A stretch of DNA of 64,000 bases from Spirochaetia bacterium (GTDB taxonomy: Bacteria; Spirochaetota; Spirochaetia; DSM-27196; Salinispiraceae). Of the stretch, positions 18,740 through 28,235 are shown in pieces. Where the stretch lies: the NCBI GenBank assembly GCA_038204425.1, contig JBBRCZ010000004.1, forward strand, positions 64,001-128,000, written 5' to 3'. Numbering within the stretch: the stretch's first letter is position 1; each line of letters begins with the position of its first letter. The position numbers were made by a program, and so were the translations under genes. The notes under the pieces were generated by a model. It was given only the letters and a program-made list of their open reading frames with translations, did no database searches and was not told the origin of the DNA.

Positions 18740-19592
18740 TATAGAACTAATAAGTGATCCCTTAGAGTGGCAAGAATACTGTGAAATGTTGCGCCAAAGC
18801 TCGGAAAATGGAGGGCGCAAGCGCAATACTCTGGGCTTTGTCCCAAGCATGGGTGCCTTGCATCAAGGCCATCTTAGCCTAGTTCGCCGCGCGCTTGCTG
18901 AGCAGTCCTACTGTTTGGTAAGTATTTTTGTAAATCCGGCCCAGTTTGATGACCCAAATGATCTTGCGTCGTATCCCTCAACGCTTGAGTCCGACCTGGC
19001 TCTCATGCAAGAAGCTGGAGTACAGGCTGTTTTTCTTCCTAAGGCGGCGAGCGTCTACCCCAACGGTTATCGCTTTAGGGTAAGCGAAGAGCAGGTTTCT
19101 ACCCGCTTTTGCGGCACCCACAGGCCGGGCCATTTTGATGGCGTTTTGACGGTAGTCTCAAAGCTCTTAAACCTTACCCAAGCTCATGCGGCCTACTTTG
19201 GCCTCAAAGATTATCAGCAGTATAGTCTTGTGAGAGATATGGCCCGCGACTTCTTTTTAAAGACGGCTATTGTTGGCTGTCCCACCGTGCGCGAGGCCGA
19301 CGGTTTGGCAATGAGCTCTCGCAATGTGCGGCTGAGTCCAAGTCAACGTAAGCTAGCACCTCAGTTTTATAAGATTCTGCAAAATTCGGTTCAAACTAAG
19401 CTCGGTGTCAACATCGTTAGTCCAGACCACGTCAAAAACGAGCTCACTGCAGTCGGTTTTGACGTGGACTATGTAGAGGACCTTATTGACAGCACGTCAT
19501 CCCGCCGACTTGCAGCCATTCGACTGGGCCCTATAAGACTAATCGACAACGTTGAGCTTTTTTCTGGCCCACAGCAAGGAGACAGCAATTGA
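18732..19592 (+). CDS. panC: Pantoate--beta-alanine ligase
   Basis: GFVPSMGALHQGHLSL, SIFVNPAQF, RPGHFDGV, FGLKDYQQ, READGLAMSSRN, RLIDN. Confidence 0.97.
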   Translation: MASIELISDPLEWQEYCEMLRQSSENGGRKRNTLGFVPSMGALHQGHLSLVRRALAEQSYCLVSIFVNPAQFDDPNDLASYPSTLESDLALMQEAGVQAVFLPKAASVYPNGYRFRVSEEQVSTRFCGTHRPGHFDGVLTVVSKLLNLTQAHAAYFGLKDYQQYSLVRDMARDFFLKTAIVGCPTVREADGLAMSSRNVRLSPSQRKLAPQFYKILQNSVQTKLGVNIVSPDHVKNELTAVGFDVDYVEDLIDSTSSRRLAAIRLGPIRLIDNVELFSGPQQGDSN

Positions 19593-20884
19593 ATATTTGC
19601 TTAATTATTTCTGGTTCTGTAGCCGCCTACAAAGCATGCGAGCTTGTCAGTCGTCTTGCAAAGACTGGCCATACAGTGCAAACCGTCGTAAGTGAAGGTG
19701 CGCTGCACTTTATCGGCGAATCTACACTGGAAGCTCTAAGCGGAAGACAAGTTTACAGTCAACTGTGGGCCAGGCGCGAAAACATGACTCACGTAAGCCT
19801 GCGACGCTGGGCTGACCTGTTTGTTTTCTATCCTGCCAGTGCAAATCGTATCAATCAGTTTGCAGCTGGGTTGGCCTCCGACCTGATTGGTGCTACCTTT
19901 TTGGCAAACAATTTTGAAAAACCATTTTGGATTTGCCCTGCCATGAATACCAACATGCGCGAGCACCCTGCCACCTGTCAAAGTATCGAAACCCTATCCA
20001 AGTGGGGGTGCCGTATCTTAGATGGCCAAGTCGGCTTGCTTGCTTGTGGAGACAGTGGTGTCGGCAGAGCAATTGAAGCGCAGGTTTTGTTTGAACTTAT
20101 CCAAGCCGAAGCACGCCAACAAAAACGAGCCCTCATCGCCAACAGCAACTTGGCCACCTTTGGCAAACCACATCGCAAGCTACTTATTACCGGCGGCGCC
20201 ATGAGCGAAAAAATTGACGGTGTGAGAGAAATCAACAACAGATCGTCGGGTAAGACAGCAAGTGCGATTGCAGCCTGTTTCCTTGACAATGGATGGGAGC
20301 TTACTTACCTGCACCATGATAGTGCGAGCTTGGAGGGCAGCGAGGGTTCTTTCCAGCGCAGCTATCATGACTACCAAGATCTTGAGGGCTTGCTAGACGA
20401 TTGCCTTGAGCGCCAAGAATGGGATCTTATTATTCATGCTGCTGCCGTCAGCGACTATAGATTGCACAAAGAACCAAAACTGGTTAAACAACAAAAGCTT
20501 GAGTCGGGCCAGAATCTCAACTTAATTCTACAGCCAACGGCCAAATTACTAGATAAGCTGCTCGAAAAAGCCAAAGGCAAGCCAATTATTTGTGCCTTTA
20601 AACTCACCGTCGGCCAAGTCCCCGTGAGTGGTCTTGCAAAAGCTCAAAAGTTCTTGGACCACAACAAAGCAGACTTTGTGGTTTGGAACGACACTGATCA
20701 GATTGGCCCCGGGCGGCACCACTATACGCTCATCTCAAGTCAAGACAATACCCTAGACCAAGATGCAGTCGGCCCAAATATTTGCGGTGAAGCCAACGAT
20801 GAAGAAAGCCTTGCAAAACTGCTCTACAAAACATGCCTCAAAAGCCTAGAATCTAAGCAACTTGCACCCAAGGAGTCGCATTGA
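19589..20884 (+). CDS. coaBC: Bifunctional phosphopantothenoylcysteine decarboxylase / phosphopantothenate--cysteine ligase
   Basis: SGSVAAYK, PAMNTNM, LACGDSGVGR, ITGG..EKIDGVREINNRSSGK, AAAVSDY. Confidence 0.93.
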   Translation: MNICLIISGSVAAYKACELVSRLAKTGHTVQTVVSEGALHFIGESTLEALSGRQVYSQLWARRENMTHVSLRRWADLFVFYPASANRINQFAAGLASDLIGATFLANNFEKPFWICPAMNTNMREHPATCQSIETLSKWGCRILDGQVGLLACGDSGVGRAIEAQVLFELIQAEARQQKRALIANSNLATFGKPHRKLLITGGAMSEKIDGVREINNRSSGKTASAIAACFLDNGWELTYLHHDSASLEGSEGSFQRSYHDYQDLEGLLDDCLERQEWDLIIHAAAVSDYRLHKEPKLVKQQKLESGQNLNLILQPTAKLLDKLLEKAKGKPIICAFKLTVGQVPVSGLAKAQKFLDHNKADFVVWNDTDQIGPGRHHYTLISSQDNTLDQDAVGPNICGEANDEESLAKLLYKTCLKSLESKQLAPKESH

Positions 20885-21720
20885 TGGCAAGCAATCAGAA
20901 CAAAGCAGCTGGCCTAACCTTATGTTTGGATGTTGGCAACTCCAACCTTTACGCTGGTGTATACGACAAGAATCAAAACATCTTGCTTAGGTTCAGAAAA
21001 ACCTCACATGGTGGTTCAAGTGCTGACGAGTACGGTGTTTTTCTGAAGTCAGTCTTACGAGAAAATAACATAGATCCGCTCCAAGTTGATTCAATTGGCA
21101 TTTGTTCGGTGGTTCCAGATGCTATTTACTCAATCCGACGAGCCTGCATTAAGTATTTTGCTAGCGAACCATTTTTGTTGCAGGCAGGAGTCAAGACTGG
21201 CTTACACATTATGTATCGCAATCCTCAAGATGTGGGTGCCGACCGCATTGCCAACGCGGTTGCAGTCGGGGTGCGCTTTCCAAACATCAACTGCATTGTA
21301 GTAGACTTTGGCACCGCCACTACCTTTGATACGATCAGCGCCAGCAAAAAATATCTTGGTGGCGCAATATTGCCAGGTCTGCGCATTAGCATGGAAGCTC
21401 TTGAGGAGCGCACAGCTCGACTTCCTTCAGTAGAAATAGTTGCGGCCGACCTTGCTTGCGGCAGAACGACTATCGAGAGTATTCAAGCGGGTTTGTTTTT
21501 TGGGCACATGGGCATGATTAAGGAAATCAGCTCCCGTATTAGCCAAGAATGTTTCTCTGGCGAAAAAGTGCTCTTGATCGCAACAGGCGGATTTGCAAGT
21601 TTATTTGCTGACAGTGGACTGTTTGATCACATTCTACCCGACTTGGTACTCGAGGGTCTCTACCACACCATGCAGATAAACAAGAGCGAACTTATTCAAT
21701 TAAAAGGAGTTAAACAATAA
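20881..21720 (+). CDS. coaX: Type III pantothenate kinase
   Basis: LDVGNS, GADRIAN, VVDFGTATT, GGAILPG, ATGG. Confidence 0.95.
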   Translation: MMASNQNKAAGLTLCLDVGNSNLYAGVYDKNQNILLRFRKTSHGGSSADEYGVFLKSVLRENNIDPLQVDSIGICSVVPDAIYSIRRACIKYFASEPFLLQAGVKTGLHIMYRNPQDVGADRIANAVAVGVRFPNINCIVVDFGTATTFDTISASKKYLGGAILPGLRISMEALEERTARLPSVEIVAADLACGRTTIESIQAGLFFGHMGMIKEISSRISQECFSGEKVLLIATGGFASLFADSGLFDHILPDLVLEGLYHTMQINKSELIQLKGVKQ

Positions 21721-22106
21721 TGCAAGTCATCTTATTAAAGGGTAAAATCCACCGCGCTACCGTAACTGGAGCAGTAATCGACTACGAGGGTTCAATTGGC
21801 ATTTGCCCTGATCTGATAGCAGCTGCAGGCTTTTTACCCTGGGAAAAAGTAGACATTTATAACGTCAACACTGGAGCGAGATTTTCTACCTACGTCATCG
21901 TGGGCAATAAAGCGGAGATCACCCTCAACGGCGCAGCGGCCCGTTTAGTTCAGACAGGCGACTTATTGATTATCGCAGCTTATTGCTCAATCGAAGCACG
22001 TCTTGCTCCTGAACACCGCCCAACGATAGTACTAGTAGATCAAAACAATAATCCTGTCCCAGTTGTCGCAGATCCCCATGGTGGTGCACAACTTCGGGGT
22101 CAATAG
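21720..22106 (+). CDS. panD: Aspartate 1-decarboxylase
   Basis: KIHRATVT, YEGS (Gly-Ser cleavage site), RFSTY, LNGAAAR. Confidence 0.97.
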   Translation: MQVILLKGKIHRATVTGAVIDYEGSIGICPDLIAAAGFLPWEKVDIYNVNTGARFSTYVIVGNKAEITLNGAAARLVQTGDLLIIAAYCSIEARLAPEHRPTIVLVDQNNNPVPVVADPHGGAQLRGQ

Positions 22107-22195
22107 TTGCCACTCAATAGTTGCAGCAGACGACATGTTGAACTATAGTTTTTGGTGACGGTTATTTGATAACAGTCAAACAAATGGAGGAATTT

Positions 22196-22798
22196 ATGAA
22201 GAAGGTTCTAACTATAGTTCTACTCGTGGCGTGCTTGGTTGTGCTTGGCTCTTGCGCCAGTAGAAGCGTATCTCGCCTTTCAACCGACACTGCGATTGAC
22301 CTATCAGGCCGATGGAACGATGTCGACTCACAAGCAGTAGCCGAAGGCATGATTACTGATGTGCTCAAACGACCTTGGTTGGAAGATTTTCGTGATCAAG
22401 CCGGAAAAAAGCCTGTAGTAATTGTTGGAAGCATTCGTAACCGAAGTTCGGAACACATCGACTCGGAAACTTTTTCCAAAGATATAGAACGAGAGCTTAT
22501 CAATAGTGGAAGAGTTTCGTTCGTCGCTAACGAAAAAGACCGCGAGGCGATTCGCGCCGAACGAAATGACCAACAGATGGAAGCCAACCCTGACACCATT
22601 AAGCGTCTAGGCAACGAGACTGGAGCAGACTTTTTTCTACAAGGCGTAATTACCACACAAGTAGATGCTGTGGAAGGCAAAAGAGTCATCGTTTATAAGG
22701 TGGACTTGGAGCTAATCAACATCGAAACCAACCAAAAGGTTTGGATTGGTTCAAAATCAATTAAGAAGCTCATCGAACAATCACGCGTGCGATTTTAA
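22196..22798 (+). CDS. LpoB-like (penicillin-binding protein activator family) lipoprotein
   Basis: Lipobox LGSC, DLSGRWNDVDS, NRSSEHID, GADFFLQG, ETNQKVW..IKK. GGAGG RBS. Confidence 0.8.
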   Translation: MKKVLTIVLLVACLVVLGSCASRSVSRLSTDTAIDLSGRWNDVDSQAVAEGMITDVLKRPWLEDFRDQAGKKPVVIVGSIRNRSSEHIDSETFSKDIERELINSGRVSFVANEKDREAIRAERNDQQMEANPDTIKRLGNETGADFFLQGVITTQVDAVEGKRVIVYKVDLELINIETNQKVWIGSKSIKKLIEQSRVRF

Positions 22799-22816
22799 GC
22801 AGCAATAGGAAAACAA

Positions 22817-24226
22817 ATGAAACTATACCAACTAGTTCCTACAGTACTGGCTTTGGCAGTACTTGGACTGTCCTCATGTGCTAACCGCAATGAAGTATAC
22901 TCAAAGGTAGACTCCTACGTTGCCAAACGTGACTTTCAATCGGCTCTTGCAGAGCTTAAAGAAAACAAAAGCAAGATCTACTACTCCGATCTCGATGGAG
23001 TGGTGGCCTTGCTCGACGTTGGCATGTTGCACCACTTGCGCGCAGAAAGCAAAGAAGCGATTGCAAAGTTGACTGAAGCTGAGCAACTAATAGAAGAAAA
23101 CTTTACACAGAGCATCACCAATGCTGCTGCTTCTTTCTTGCTCAACGACCTAGCCATGGAATATACCGGCGAAGCTTATGAGGATCTCTATCTCAATGTT
23201 TTTAAGGCGATAGACTTCATCAAGCAAGGAAGCTTTGACGGCGGTTTTGTCGAAATTCGACGACTGGGGAACAAGCTCAACCTCTTAGAAGATCGCTACA
23301 AAAAGCTAGCTCAGGAGCTCAACTCTTCCGACGACGCCAAAACCAAGGTGGCAGCTGGTGATTCCGAGTTTTACGACTCTGCGCTGGCCCGCTATCTGAG
23401 CTTTCTACTCTATCGGGCCGACGGTCGTTTAGACAGTGCGGCTATTGACCTCAAAAAGATTGATGAGGCCTTTGCTAAGCAGCCCAATATTTTTAAGTTT
23501 GCAAAACCAAATCTAAAAGGACTCTTGGACAATACCAGCCAAGCTAGGCTGAGTGTCGTGAGCTTTACGGGACGCATTCCCGTCAAAAAGGCCAACACTA
23601 TTAGGATTTCCACCGGCATCGATTCCATCAGTTTTGACGTCCAACGTGAGGGCAGTGACGGAAAGCTTTTCAACATTTTGTCTGATAGGCTCTCTATCAA
23701 AGGAATAGAATCAGGGTTCTACTTTAAGTGTGAGACCCCCTATCTTGAAGCTCTCCCTTCCAATATTTTTCGGGTTGCAGTCCTTGTTGACGGTGCCGAA
23801 GTCGGACAGCTTTCTTTACTTGAAGACCTAAGCGCCGTAGCCATGGAGACCTTTAAGGTCAAAGAACCCCTGACCTTTGTAAAAACTTTGGTGAGAACTA
23901 CTGTCAAAGGCATCTTGGCTCAAGAAGCCAGAAAAGCTGCCAATGATGCTGCAGCCAGTCAGGGTGATGCCGGAATACTACTCGCACTTTTTGCTGGAGT
24001 TGCTGCGGACGTGGCCATCGAAGCAAGTGAGACGGCGGACCTACGCAGTAGCCGCTTTTTCCCTGGCAAGGCCCATGTAGGTGACTTTATTGTAAGTCCA
24101 GGCGAGCACTCGGTGGCCCTGAGCTACTTTGGCAAAAATGGCAAACTACTGTATACCGACGATTTGGGAACAAGAAACTTTAACGCCAAGGGTCTCAATC
24201 TAGTCACCTCTACCAATCGAGACTAG
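22817..24226 (+). CDS. COG3014-type helical-repeat lipoprotein
   Basis: Lipobox LSSC, LLNDLAMEYTGEAYE, ADLRSSRFFP motif; this family is commonly found next to lpoB. Confidence 0.7.
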   Translation: MKLYQLVPTVLALAVLGLSSCANRNEVYSKVDSYVAKRDFQSALAELKENKSKIYYSDLDGVVALLDVGMLHHLRAESKEAIAKLTEAEQLIEENFTQSITNAAASFLLNDLAMEYTGEAYEDLYLNVFKAIDFIKQGSFDGGFVEIRRLGNKLNLLEDRYKKLAQELNSSDDAKTKVAAGDSEFYDSALARYLSFLLYRADGRLDSAAIDLKKIDEAFAKQPNIFKFAKPNLKGLLDNTSQARLSVVSFTGRIPVKKANTIRISTGIDSISFDVQREGSDGKLFNILSDRLSIKGIESGFYFKCETPYLEALPSNIFRVAVLVDGAEVGQLSLLEDLSAVAMETFKVKEPLTFVKTLVRTTVKGILAQEARKAANDAAASQGDAGILLALFAGVAADVAIEASETADLRSSRFFPGKAHVGDFIVSPGEHSVALSYFGKNGKLLYTDDLGTRNFNAKGLNLVTSTNRD

Positions 24227-24250
24227 GCGAGAGTCAAAGGAGAATTGTAG

Positions 24251-25303
24251 ATGTTAAAAAAGCATTTTTCGATAGCAGTGGCAGTTTTGGCGTTTGTCAT
24301 TTTGGGCTCCTGTGCGTCGGCACCGGTCGCTGCTCAGGTTACGAGAAGCTCAGCCAATGCGCCCAGTTGGCTATCCAATCTTGACAACGGCTATCCTGAC
24401 AAGGTTTATGTGGCTGCAGTTGGAACCGGTGACAACCGTCGTAGCGCAGAATCAGCAGCGGCTGGCGCCTTGGCAAGCCGTTTTAAGGTAAGCATCAAGG
24501 TAGATACTAACGCCCAACAGCGCTATCGCGAGATCGTAAAGCAGAACCAAAACTATAGTGAAGAAGAACGCAACATAATTCAGAATGTCAGTACTTCGTC
24601 CAATGAGAGCTTGCTCAATCTACGCTACAGTGAACCCTATAGCGACAGCCGTGGAACCGTAAGCATTGTAGCCTACATAGAGAGGGAGCCAACTGCACAA
24701 CTGTATAGAAAGATAGTAGAAAAAGATGCGCAGACTATAGCATCTCTCAAAAGTCGAGCCGGCACGGCTGTGTCATCAATAGTTGCTTTTGCACTCTATG
24801 ATTCGGCGATTCAAGTTAGTCTTAACGATGACTCAATTGTAGAAAAGCTACAATTGATACACCCGGCTACTGCGTTTGCCCTTGCATCCAAGGTTGACAC
24901 TGCTGGTTTGCTACGAGCTCGCGACGAAATAGCTTCCAAGCTTAGCTACCGGTTAACCGTAGATGGTGATGTAGATGGCAAGATAGCCAGCATCGTGCGC
25001 AAAACACTAACCGATCTAAAGCTGGTGGCCAACCAAGCGGGCAAACTTGGCGTCAACGCCTTTATCCTAATTGAACCAACCGAAGTTAACCCACGCTTTA
25101 AGTCAGTCAGATGGACCATCACTGTGGCTTTGACCGACGAAACCGGAGCAACTATCGCCAACCTCTTTAAGGAGTCACGCGAAAACGCGATTAGCGAGCA
25201 AGAAGCTCGCGCCTTTGCCATCAAAAGCATAGAAAAAGCAGTTGCCAGCGACTTTGTTAAAGAATTTAATAAGTACTTAAACGGTGTTGCGCTAGGAAAG
25301 TAG
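24251..25303 (+). CDS. LPP20-family lipoprotein
   Basis: Lipobox LGSC, PSWL, YVAAVGTG..AESAA..LA..F.V.I. Confidence 0.7.
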   Translation: MLKKHFSIAVAVLAFVILGSCASAPVAAQVTRSSANAPSWLSNLDNGYPDKVYVAAVGTGDNRRSAESAAAGALASRFKVSIKVDTNAQQRYREIVKQNQNYSEEERNIIQNVSTSSNESLLNLRYSEPYSDSRGTVSIVAYIEREPTAQLYRKIVEKDAQTIASLKSRAGTAVSSIVAFALYDSAIQVSLNDDSIVEKLQLIHPATAFALASKVDTAGLLRARDEIASKLSYRLTVDGDVDGKIASIVRKTLTDLKLVANQAGKLGVNAFILIEPTEVNPRFKSVRWTITVALTDETGATIANLFKESRENAISEQEARAFAIKSIEKAVASDFVKEFNKYLNGVALGK

Positions 25304-25347
25304 ACTGAGCAAGTAAGCAAAACTTGCTTACCCAGATTTGTTTTAAA

Positions 25348-25375
25348 AAAGGCCAGCATCACAAAGCTGGCCTTT
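25348..25375. terminator. Bidirectional intrinsic terminator
   Basis: AAAGGCCAGC-N8-GCTGGCCTTT between convergent genes. Confidence 0.7.
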
Positions 25376-25399
25376 CTAATTGGTTATTTGGCTATCAAG

Positions 25400-26734
25400 C
25401 TAGGCAATTTGTTCTGCCTCGAGGTCCACTCCCTTAGGTGCATTTATGCGTGCGCGCACTACTGCTCCAGGTGACAAGGGCGCGTTAGAAAGTCCCTTTA
25501 GAACTATTAATCCATCAACCTCAGGTGCCTGCAAATAAGAACGGCCAAGGTAAAGATCACTGCCTTCGACTCGCTCTTCAATTAATACGTCCATTTCTAC
25601 CCCAGTCCAGCGGGCCAGGAGAGCTTCGGTAATCTTAGATTGACGATGTTCAATTACGGTCTTTCTGCGCTTAGCCTCAGGTTTTGACTTTTCAAACGAA
25701 TCGTCATCTTGGAGACGAAAGCTCGCCGTTTGTTCTTCCCTACTATAAGTAAAGATACCCACCCAATCTATTTGGGCCTTTTCTTGAAAATCTAACAGTT
25801 CGCCAAAGTCTTTTCGGTTCTCACCTGGAAAACCCACCAAAAAGGTAGATCTAATTACGGCGTGTGGCAAGGCAGTCCGAATACGTTTTAGTAGCTCAAG
25901 ATACTTTTCTTTGTCGCCGTAGCGTGCCATCATTTTTAGGATGCGCGCATCAGCGTGCTGAAATGGCAGGTCAAAGTAGGGCAAAAGGCGGCTGTCTGCC
26001 TGCATCAACTCTATTAGACCATCAGGAAAAGTATCAGGATGAATATAAAAGGGTCTAATCCAAAAGTGGCCCTTGCGCTCTAACATGCGAGTCAAAAGCT
26101 CTACAAGGTTGCCAGGTCCGCCTTGCTCACGACCAAAACTAGCCAAGTCCTGTGCAATTAAGTTAATCTCAAAGATGCCTCGCGCCAAGAGTTCATCAAA
26201 CTCACGAAGTACATCATCTATGGTTCGCGAGACCAGCTGGCCGCGGATTTTGGGGATGGCGCAAAAAGTGCAGTGGTGGATGCAGCCCTCGGCGATTTTG
26301 AGAAAAGCGCTGCGGGCATGAGACAGAAGGTTTTTACGCATAGGTGAGGTGGTAAGTTCTTGTGGAAAAAAGGTGACTCTCTCTCCCTTCTCCACTTGCT
26401 CCATAATTTTGGGTAATAGTTCTGGTGCTCTGTTGCCAAATATGGCGTTGGCCTCTGGCAACATTTCCAAAAGCTCGTCGCCATATCGCTGGGCCAGACA
26501 GCCGGCAACGATAATCTTTGCATCCGGGTGAGCCTTGCGTAACTCAAAGAAGGTATCTATCGATTCTTGCTTGGCACTTTCGATAAATCCGCAAGTATTT
26601 ACGACTATGGTTTGTGCCTCTGAAGAATCTTTGACGAGCGTATAGCCCGATTGTTCCATGCTGGCGATTATGTATTCGGCATCAACTTGGTTGCGAAAAC
26701 AACCCAAATTTTCTAGATAAAAGTTTTTTGACAT
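25400..26734 (-). CDS. rimO: Ribosomal protein S12 methylthiotransferase
   Basis: LGCFRNQVD, NTCGFIESAKQESI, GCLAQRY, radical SAM CIHHCTFC, TRAM domain APEVDG. Confidence 0.95.
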   Translation of the reverse strand: MSKNFYLENLGCFRNQVDAEYIIASMEQSGYTLVKDSSEAQTIVVNTCGFIESAKQESIDTFFELRKAHPDAKIIVAGCLAQRYGDELLEMLPEANAIFGNRAPELLPKIMEQVEKGERVTFFPQELTTSPMRKNLLSHARSAFLKIAEGCIHHCTFCAIPKIRGQLVSRTIDDVLREFDELLARGIFEINLIAQDLASFGREQGGPGNLVELLTRMLERKGHFWIRPFYIHPDTFPDGLIELMQADSRLLPYFDLPFQHADARILKMMARYGDKEKYLELLKRIRTALPHAVIRSTFLVGFPGENRKDFGELLDFQEKAQIDWVGIFTYSREEQTASFRLQDDDSFEKSKPEAKRRKTVIEHRQSKITEALLARWTGVEMDVLIEERVEGSDLYLGRSYLQAPEVDGLIVLKGLSNAPLSPGAVVRARINAPKGVDLEAEQIA

Positions 26735-26831
26735 TCAATACGTTCCTTTGCCCCTGGACTATTTCCAGCGCGGGGCAAAGATTACCTGATTTGTCGGAAA
26801 AAGGGAATGGCAACACCATTAACGCTTGGGG

Positions 26832-27440
26832 CTAGGGCTTGCTGATCTCAAGGTAGTCCAAATTGACAGCGCGAGCTTCCACAAGCCCACCACTTCGCAC
26901 TTCGAGATAGTTGAGGCCAACTACAAGGTTAAGAGTAAAATCGATTGTACCCCATACTGACCACAAGAGATCATCTTGCTGCACCCACGCGGGTATGACC
27001 GTAAGCACCCCATTTAAGTAGAAATGGATATTTTGAGGAGAGCCATACATGGCGCAGGCATATCCGATTTTTATCGAATAGCTGCCGGCTTCGACAAGAT
27101 CTGCAACCCATTTAATAACTCGGTTGGGTCCTTCATAGAAACTCTCGACATAAAATCCACTCGATGCCCCACCATAAGCGTTACCTGAGACTAGCGGAGC
27201 GTCAAAATGAGCATCTTCGGCCTCAATCCTGTAAGTGCCCGGCCCGGCTGGGATCGTAGTCTGAGGTGTTAAGGCAATCGTTGTGGTGGTGCTCGTAGAA
27301 GTCGTAGTTGCTAAAGCTATGGTTGTGGTGCTCGGGTTCGTGTTTCCGTAATTGCGGGAGTTGGGATCATTGGGGTTACTGAGATCGTAACAGCCTACAA
27401 AAAGCGATGCAAGCAAAATCATCAACAAAAAGACCTTCAT
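26832..27440 (-). CDS. Lipoprotein with Thr-rich linker and CBM6/CBM35-like carbohydrate-binding domain
   Basis: Lipobox FVGC, NPNDPN, poly-Thr stalk, IEAEDA...ASSGFYV...GSYSIKIGY...GLNYL...NLDYLEI. Confidence 0.75.
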   Translation of the reverse strand: MKVFLLMILLASLFVGCYDLSNPNDPNSRNYGNTNPSTTTIALATTTSTSTTTTIALTPQTTIPAGPGTYRIEAEDAHFDAPLVSGNAYGGASSGFYVESFYEGPNRVIKWVADLVEAGSYSIKIGYACAMYGSPQNIHFYLNGVLTVIPAWVQQDDLLWSVWGTIDFTLNLVVGLNYLEVRSGGLVEARAVNLDYLEISKP

Positions 27441-27545
27441 TTGTTAATAATAGCCTAATTTTTGGTTAAATCAAGCATTCGTTTAAAAATGAGCCTTATA
27501 GCGCCGGTCTTTTTTCTTTTGACCAAGTTGTATTATACTATCAAC

Positions 27546-28235
27546 ATGAAGCAAAGCGCTGCCAGAACAGGATTTGGATCGACTCGCCAAGAAAAAATCG
27601 ACCTGAGCCAACATCCTTTGCCTCAGCTTCCACCTGAACTCAACAGCACGCAATTAAAACAAATCTTTGCTGAGCACCCTGCCCCACGTCTGGCAATTCG
27701 GCATTTGCTCAAGGATGGCTCGCTTATTCGCGTCAGACGCGGCCTGTATGCCAGCAACACGCTCTTTCAGTCGCGTCCTTTTTCGTTGGGAATGTTGGCC
27801 TCCATGTTGTACACTCCTTCATATATCTCGATGGAACGGGCGCTCAAAATGTACGGCTTCACCAACAAAAACTTTGACTACTGCACTTCAGTCTGCCTAG
27901 GCAGATCCCGCACGTTTGAATCATCGCTTGGCCAGTTCGTCTTTTTTCACCTTCCATCCAAGCGCTATGATTTTGGGTACAAGAAGATTCGCAGCAACGA
28001 CGGCAGCTTCTACCATCTGGCAGAGCCCGAAAAAGCGCTCTTAGACGCAGTAAGTTTTAGAGGCGCTTTGCGTAGCCAAAAAAAACTTGAGGCGCTTATT
28101 TTGGACGAACTTGGACTCGACGTTTCTGCGCTTCGTAAGTTTGACCTGGTTAAGTTGCGCAGCTATAGTGATCGTTACCAAAGTGCAACATTTAAAAAAT
28201 TCCTTCTCCCTTGGCTGGCAAGCGTGCAGCAATAA
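27546..28235 (+). CDS. AbiEi-like type IV toxin-antitoxin antitoxin / transcriptional regulator
   Basis: wHTH LIRVRRGLY, PSYISMERAL..YG, AEPEKALLD. Confidence 0.75.
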   Translation: MKQSAARTGFGSTRQEKIDLSQHPLPQLPPELNSTQLKQIFAEHPAPRLAIRHLLKDGSLIRVRRGLYASNTLFQSRPFSLGMLASMLYTPSYISMERALKMYGFTNKNFDYCTSVCLGRSRTFESSLGQFVFFHLPSKRYDFGYKKIRSNDGSFYHLAEPEKALLDAVSFRGALRSQKKLEALILDELGLDVSALRKFDLVKLRSYSDRYQSATFKKFLLPWLASVQQ

